From the NCBI GenBank assembly GCA_902802585.1, contig CADCMR010000001.1, forward strand, positions 3,223-67,222: 64,000 nucleotides of DNA, given 5' to 3'. Below are positions 58,968 through 64,000 of the stretch, one piece after another. The translations under genes were made by a program, and so were the position numbers. Source of the DNA: an uncultured bacterium (GTDB lineage Bacteria; Verrucomicrobiota; Lentisphaeria; Victivallales; UBA1829). The first letter of the stretch is position 1. Every line of letters begins with the position of its first letter. A model generated the notes under the pieces. That model did not search any database and was not told the origin of the DNA. It saw only the letters and a program-made list of their open reading frames with translations.

Positions 58968-59569
58968 GTTTTTTCTGCAGCGGCACCGCGATTCATGTTT
59001 TTTCGTAAAAGAGCGATACGTTAGCTTTTCGGTAATAGGTTCTGTTGCAAATACCCAATGGCAAGAATAATTTCCTTCATTCTTCCATGCAGAAAAAAAG
59101 TGACGCATCTGTTCGTAATGGAACGAGCGAGGAATCGAAAATGGCCTAATAATTATAACATCGAATGCTGCAATAATCCAAGCCTTCCTTGAGCAGACAA
59201 TGAACAACACGTTTTTTATGAGGTTAAATGACACTTTTTTGTTTTGGATGGCATATTGGGATGCGACTGCCAAAAGTCAGAAGCAAGCTTTTTTTCGACA
59301 GATTTGTTGCCAGTCTTGAGCATGGCCCTAGTGGATAATTCTGCGGTTTTTTGGACTTCACGGACTTTTGGCAGTTCTGTCTATTTGCTCTTGCATTCCA
59401 CAGATATCCCATATTTTTTTGAAAACTTGACAAAAAGAGAACCCATGCTACCTTATTCTCTGCTACAAGACGGAGGCAGACATGATCAAGATTGCCGCCA
59501 TGGAGACTTTTTTTGATTTTTATGAGATATCTGCGCTTGCATTCAAAAAACATTTTTTTTATTTTTTTC

Positions 59570-59597
59570 TTGAAAAAAAGATATGTTGTGATATATT
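59570..59597 (+). promoter_or_regulatory. Promoter of the GT8 gene
   Basis: TTGAAA-16nt-TATATT with TG. Confidence 0.55.
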
Positions 59598-59671
59598 AAC
59601 CATCGAAAAGACTCCACCTCCTGAAAGGCCTCCCGCGGAACAAAGAACAGAAAAGAATTCGTTTTGATGTT

Positions 59672-60574
59672 ATGAAAACAAAGATAGTTTATATCTTGAT
59701 TTGCGATCAAGATGATTCATTTGCGGCAATTCAGGCGGTTTCGTTGTACACCCTGAGAAAAAAGCATGGGAAAGATGATACGAGTGTTTTAACCGTCATG
59801 GATTCATCCACGTATCGGATATTGGAACAAATCAAATCACCAATTCTTTCGGAATCAGCACCTGTAATCGTTGATATCCCGCCGGAATATAACCAGATGC
59901 AGAAGTCCCGGTATCTTAAAACAAGGCTGCGTGAAATTGTGCAGGGGGACTTTCTCTTTATTGACGGAGACACTCTGATAGCGGATCGTTTAGACGAAAT
60001 AGACCGGATGGATCAGAATACGGATATTGCGGCGGTGTCTGATGGACACGAGGAGACCCGTAATGTCGGAGCAATAGACAAGATGCCCGAGAAATGCCGG
60101 AAAGCCGGTTTTTCCAATCTGGATAACGAGCATTGTTTTAATAGCGGTGTTCTGTTTGTCCGCGATACTCCGGTGGCGCATGATTTTTTCAGGACGTGGC
60201 ATGATTGCTGGAAGCAGTCGCTTGCCAACGGCGTCCATTTCGACCAGCCTGCCATGTGGGAAGCGAACAGGATCATGGGACATCCCGTTCAGGAGTTTTC
60301 CGGCGTTTGGAATTGCCAGTTTTACACGAAGAAAAGAGAAAACTACAACCGTTACGTCAAAGAATCGAAAATACTGCACTATTACAGGACATTCTATCAT
60401 GGACGTCTTCTGTTATCCATAATTGATCAGGTAAGCAAGACCGGAAAAGTGAATTTCAAGAGCGCAGTGTTTTTACAGTGGCCGCGGACCATCGTTTATA
60501 TTATGCATCTGTCCATGTTCAAAGCGAAACTGCGGGATAGCTTTATCTCGGGCATAAGATCTCATCGAAAATAG
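59672..60574 (+). CDS. Glycosyltransferase family 8-like
   Basis: FLFIDGDT (DxD), FNSGVL, DQPAM, WNCQ, ILHY; AT-rich. Confidence 0.85.
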   Translation: MKTKIVYILICDQDDSFAAIQAVSLYTLRKKHGKDDTSVLTVMDSSTYRILEQIKSPILSESAPVIVDIPPEYNQMQKSRYLKTRLREIVQGDFLFIDGDTLIADRLDEIDRMDQNTDIAAVSDGHEETRNVGAIDKMPEKCRKAGFSNLDNEHCFNSGVLFVRDTPVAHDFFRTWHDCWKQSLANGVHFDQPAMWEANRIMGHPVQEFSGVWNCQFYTKKRENYNRYVKESKILHYYRTFYHGRLLLSIIDQVSKTGKVNFKSAVFLQWPRTIVYIMHLSMFKAKLRDSFISGIRSHRK

Positions 60575-60779
60575 TATGCCTGCGCATCCTGAACTGAAAC
60601 GCCCGAATCTTTACGATGACCACAAGGGGCGGTCAGATATATTCGGTACTGTTTATTGGGGACCGACGTTTCTTCGCATCCATGCAAATTCCAAGATGGA
60701 GAATTTGTTTGCCTGTCTGTTGAAAATCAATTTGTCCGGTTCAAAAGATAGATATCCCCATAAGCCTGTTGACGGCGGC

Positions 60780-60811
60780 AAAAAAAGTGCCGGAGCGTAC
60801 TGCCCGGCACT
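60780..60811 (-). terminator. Intrinsic terminator
   Basis: AGTGCCGG/CCGGCACT stem with T7 on the minus strand. Confidence 0.75.
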
Positions 60812-60834
60812 GTTGAGATGGAGACGGTGTCTCT

Positions 60835-61455
60835 TCAGGTACTGTGAAGCAGATCCCGGAATTCATTCGACGCGTCGTGCATGGTGCGTACGAATTCTCC
60901 GATCGTGGCGTCCTCTTCCGGCGTGAGGTGCTGTTCCACGATGCCGCTGAAGAACGTCTGTTCCGCCGCGTCCGAGAACCGGTCGAAGTCGTCGCGGATG
61001 CGGTCGAGTTCCTCCGGCGGTATTTCATGGATGTTCTCCCTCATCATGTCGAGTCCGCTCCGCACGAAAAGCGTCGTCTGGTGCATCTGATCGTTCACTC
61101 GAGCGCGCTCATGGGGAGCCAGGGCGCGGTATTCCGCCAGGCCTTTCACCAGTTCCTCTTCGAACTCCTCCTGCGTCGGCACGTGACCGAACTCGTCGCC
61201 GTCGGGCAGCAGACGGGTCATGTCGCCGCGCCTGCCGTCGTGGAAACCGCCTCCACCACCTCCGCCGCGTCTTCCGCGTCGGCGCGGACGGTCCTGGTTC
61301 GGTTGTTTTTCTTCCTGGACCTCCTCGACCGCGGCCGTTTCGGTCTGCGGCTTCCGGTTGCGCGCGTTGATCGTGAGGATGACGGCGGTGGCGGCGGATA
61401 TGACGCAGACGCAAAGACCCAGCGAATACAATGCGGTTCTGGTTTTCTGATTCAT
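60835..61455 (-). CDS. Hypothetical membrane-anchored protein
   Basis: N-terminal TM helix, RRRGRRGGGGGG linker, acidic helical C-terminus. Confidence 0.65.
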   Translation of the reverse strand: MNQKTRTALYSLGLCVCVISAATAVILTINARNRKPQTETAAVEEVQEEKQPNQDRPRRRGRRGGGGGGGFHDGRRGDMTRLLPDGDEFGHVPTQEEFEEELVKGLAEYRALAPHERARVNDQMHQTTLFVRSGLDMMRENIHEIPPEELDRIRDDFDRFSDAAEQTFFSGIVEQHLTPEEDATIGEFVRTMHDASNEFRDLLHST

Positions 61456-61487
61456 CTGTGAACCCCTTCCGATAGACAAGCAGCTTA

Positions 61488-62294
61488 TTATTTCGGTAAT
61501 CCAGTAAATATAGCATCTCCCGCATATATTTCAAGCGGCGATTCGCTGTTTTTGTATGTTTTTACGGAAACATCCACGCCCGGAAGCTCGCCGGGCCGGC
61601 TTTCTTGAGAGCCCGGAGAGGACTCCTGTTCCTGGCGGCTGCCACGGTCCGCGCTGAGCAGATCCGGCGCAAAAAACATCACATCCCTGGAGAGCTCGAA
61701 GATGTCGTCGGCGAGGAAGAAAAGCAGGAAGATCAGGAAGATCGTGACGCCCTTGGCAAATTCGGAATGGACATTCCTCAGGCGCGGCACGTATTCCGTC
61801 AGTGCGTTCCAGCCGTCGAGGCCGGGGACCGGGAGCAGGTTGAAGATGCACAGGAAAAGGTTGAAGACGCCCAGCAGAAGAAAAAGGATCAGAATCGATT
61901 CCCCGGCGGCTTCGTTTTCGACCAGGTTCCAGATACGCGTCGACAGGAACCCGAAGAAGAAAAAACCGATCAGGAAGAGCCCGAAATTCGTCGCGGGTCC
62001 CGCCAGCGCGACGATCGCCGGGGCATGGCGGTTCCTTGCCCGCAGGGCTCCCGGATTGACCGGAACGGCTCCCCAGGCGAATCCGAGCAGCAGGAACATG
62101 ATGATGGACATCGGTCCCATCTGCTTCAGCGGGTTCAGTGTCAGGTGGCCGCGGTCGGCGGCGGTCGTGTCGCCGAATTTCAGAGCGGTCCAGGCGTGGA
62201 AGAACTCATGGAGGCAGATGGAGAAGATCACGACGAGGGCATGAATGAGGAAGAGCCTTGTATTCGTGAACGCCGAAAAAAGAAAGATTTCCAT
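61488..62294 (-). CDS. Site-2 protease (peptidase M50)
   Basis: CLHEFFH (HExxH), LAGPATN, FNLLPVPGLDG (NPDG motif); start moved to MEIFL. Confidence 0.9.
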   Translation of the reverse strand: MEIFLFSAFTNTRLFLIHALVVIFSICLHEFFHAWTALKFGDTTAADRGHLTLNPLKQMGPMSIIMFLLLGFAWGAVPVNPGALRARNRHAPAIVALAGPATNFGLFLIGFFFFGFLSTRIWNLVENEAAGESILILFLLLGVFNLFLCIFNLLPVPGLDGWNALTEYVPRLRNVHSEFAKGVTIFLIFLLFFLADDIFELSRDVMFFAPDLLSADRGSRQEQESSPGSQESRPGELPGVDVSVKTYKNSESPLEIYAGDAIFTGLPK

Positions 62295-62307
62295 TGCTCG
62301 TGGTTCC

Positions 62308-63207
62308 TTATGCTTGTCTGGCGGGGATGATCTCGACCGGTTCGCCGAGCCGGTAGGAGCATTTCGGGTGTTCGTGCCCGAACGCCACACCTGTGTATAC
62401 AGGCTTTCCGGTCTGTGCGGCGAAATCCCGCAGCAGACGCCGGATCTGGGGTTTCGGACCGCATTTTGTGAAGTACCCGAAGACGACCGCGCGAACCTGT
62501 GCGATGATTCCCGCCTGGACCAGGTGCGTCAAGTGGCGGTCCAGCACGCGCGCCTCCTCGTGGACATCCTCCAGCGCGAGTACAGCGCCGTTCAGCGGCG
62601 GCATCCACGGCGTGCCGCAGAGCGTAGTCATGACCGTGAGGTTGGAGAGCACGAGCGGACCGGTGATCGCTGAACCGGCGGGGCTTCCCTCGACCGGGAC
62701 GAGACGGAGTTTGCGCGGCGCGGTGCGCTTCCGCAGGACGGTTCGGAACGATTCCTTCGCCTTGGGACGCTTCATCGCGTCGGGCAGACCGTCCGCCATC
62801 GGCGCGCAGACCGGGATCCCGGCGTGTTCCGCGAGCATGGCGAGGTGGAGTGCGGAGATGTCGCTGTAGCCGTAGACCGGCAGATTGCGTTTACGGAGCA
62901 GATCGAAGTCGAGCTCCGGCAGGATGTGCGCGCTGCCGAAACCGCCGCGCGTGCAGAGGATGAGGTCGACGCGCGGGTCGTTCAGCAGCGCGTGGAAATC
63001 CGCCAGACGCGACTCCGGCGTGCCGCAGCAGTATTTCATCGGTCCTCGTTTGAGCGCGCCCGGCGCGAGCACGGTCTTCACGCTGCAGACGTTCTCCAGA
63101 TAACGCCGCGCCTCGTCGATCCGGGCGGTGTCGGGCAGACTGGCGGGCGAGGTCAGACCGACGGTTCGGACGGATGCGGGGAAGAGGCGTTCCGGTTTTG
63201 CGGGCAT
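62308..63207 (-). CDS. LD-carboxypeptidase (peptidase S66, LdcA/MccF family)
   Basis: TSPAS, RGGFGS, GYSDIS, LEDVHE, FGHEHP; start moved to MPAKP. Confidence 0.9.
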   Translation of the reverse strand: MPAKPERLFPASVRTVGLTSPASLPDTARIDEARRYLENVCSVKTVLAPGALKRGPMKYCCGTPESRLADFHALLNDPRVDLILCTRGGFGSAHILPELDFDLLRKRNLPVYGYSDISALHLAMLAEHAGIPVCAPMADGLPDAMKRPKAKESFRTVLRKRTAPRKLRLVPVEGSPAGSAITGPLVLSNLTVMTTLCGTPWMPPLNGAVLALEDVHEEARVLDRHLTHLVQAGIIAQVRAVVFGYFTKCGPKPQIRRLLRDFAAQTGKPVYTGVAFGHEHPKCSYRLGEPVEIIPARQA

Positions 63208-63337
63208 GATGGGAGATCCTTTGTACATGTGGGTAAAAAACTGAAAGATACTATAGTCTGTCCGCGGGTGTTTTGCAACCCGGCCCAGCGCTTTTTCAGC
63301 AAAAAACACGCCGGATTCCGGTTTCCGCGCGTCCTGG

Positions 63338-64000
63338 TCAGAGCAGGCGCGGCGTGGTCTCGGGGAACACGATTTCGCCATCGCGCTCCACGGCGCGTTC
63401 GAGTTTGGCGAAAAGCTGGTTTTTCCCGCGGTTCTTGAGGCAGTCCAGGTCGCCGATGATCACGAGCTCGCTGCGGCAGCGCGTGTATGCCACGTTGATG
63501 CGGTTGGCGTTGTCCGTGAACCCGATCCCGTGCCGTTCGCTGCTCCGCACGTAGGAGATGATCACCGCCTCGCTCTCGCCGCCCTGGAAACTGTCCACGG
63601 TCGCGATATTCTTCAGCAGGAAGCGGTTCCAGCGATCCGTCGCGAACCGGCTGGCGAAGAGGTCCGAAAACGTCTTCCGCAACAGCACGATCTGGCGGCG
63701 GTACGGGCTGATGACCGTGATGTCCTCCAGTTCGTAACGGGTCAGCAACGACTGGAACGTCTCGGCGGCGAGCCGGACCTCGCCCGGATTCCAGATGCCG
63801 GGGCGGCCGTTCTCGTAGACGAACTTCTCCGCCCGCTTCTTGAGCGGCAGGCGCGAGGTCGAGATGAACTGGAGCGTGGACTTCGGGAACTGTTGTTCGC
63901 GTTCGCCCGGCGGAAGCTTGTAGTAGTCGGCGTCCGGGTTCGGCAGGAGTTCGGCGTTGTAGAACATCGTGGACGCGAAACGCAGGAGGCGCGGGTTGCG
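63338..64000 (-). CDS. Superfamily 1 (Upf1/DNA2-like) helicase, C-terminal part; runs off the window end
   Basis: Open frame to 64000 (RNPRLLRFASTMFY), VISPYRRQ, TVDSFQGGE, NRINVAYTRCR. Confidence 0.88.
   Translation of the reverse strand, partial: RNPRLLRFASTMFYNAELLPNPDADYYKLPPGEREQQFPKSTLQFISTSRLPLKKRAEKFVYENGRPGIWNPGEVRLAAETFQSLLTRYELEDITVISPYRRQIVLLRKTFSDLFASRFATDRWNRFLLKNIATVDSFQGGESEAVIISYVRSSERHGIGFTDNANRINVAYTRCRSELVIIGDLDCLKNRGKNQLFAKLERAVERDGEIVFPETTPRLL

Noticed and set aside
58956-59553. Short ORFs in the flippase-GT8 gap
   Set aside because: Overlapping frames on both strands with no motif or RBS; cannot be supported as genes or as a defined pseudogene
60576-60926. 116-aa plus-strand ORF after GT8
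   Set aside because: It runs through a terminator and into a convergent gene; no recognisable features

Overview
A GC-rich bacterial chromosomal segment with about 50 genes, nearly all on the minus strand. The two PVC-type pilin-like H-X9-DG proteins and the AIDA/Ig/RTX surface protein suggest a PVC-superphylum organism, probably Lentisphaerota; this is inference, not a database result. Housekeeping backbone: nfo, gph, tsaD, folD, hisB, rarA, comM, lgt, rluD, galK, family-4 UDG, prfA, rpmE, dgt, dnaJ, htpG, gap-pgk-tpiA and cysS. Accessory parts: a BY-kinase/PHP phosphatase pair with a 21-Tyr tail; an AT-rich PIF1-helicase + HigBA islet; an orphan N6-adenine DNA methyltransferase; a large RTX adhesin gene bracketed by multi-block inverted repeats; and a flippase + GT8 cassette. 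Most notable observations: (1) an in-frame fusion of a CstA-family transporter to a complete YghZ/Kv-beta-like aldo-keto reductase; (2) a cysS operon with an MTA/SAH deaminase and an adenosylhomocysteinase-like protein whose active site appears rewired; (3) the inverted-repeat-flanked adhesin cassette; (4) two long rod-like intergenic structures that are ncRNA or MITE candidates; (5) a 164-bp tandem duplication carrying a 15-bp palindrome. No CRISPR array, rRNA, tRNA, integrase or transposase was recognised. All calls come from reading motifs by eye, and several start codons were moved downstream of the ORF-track starts.
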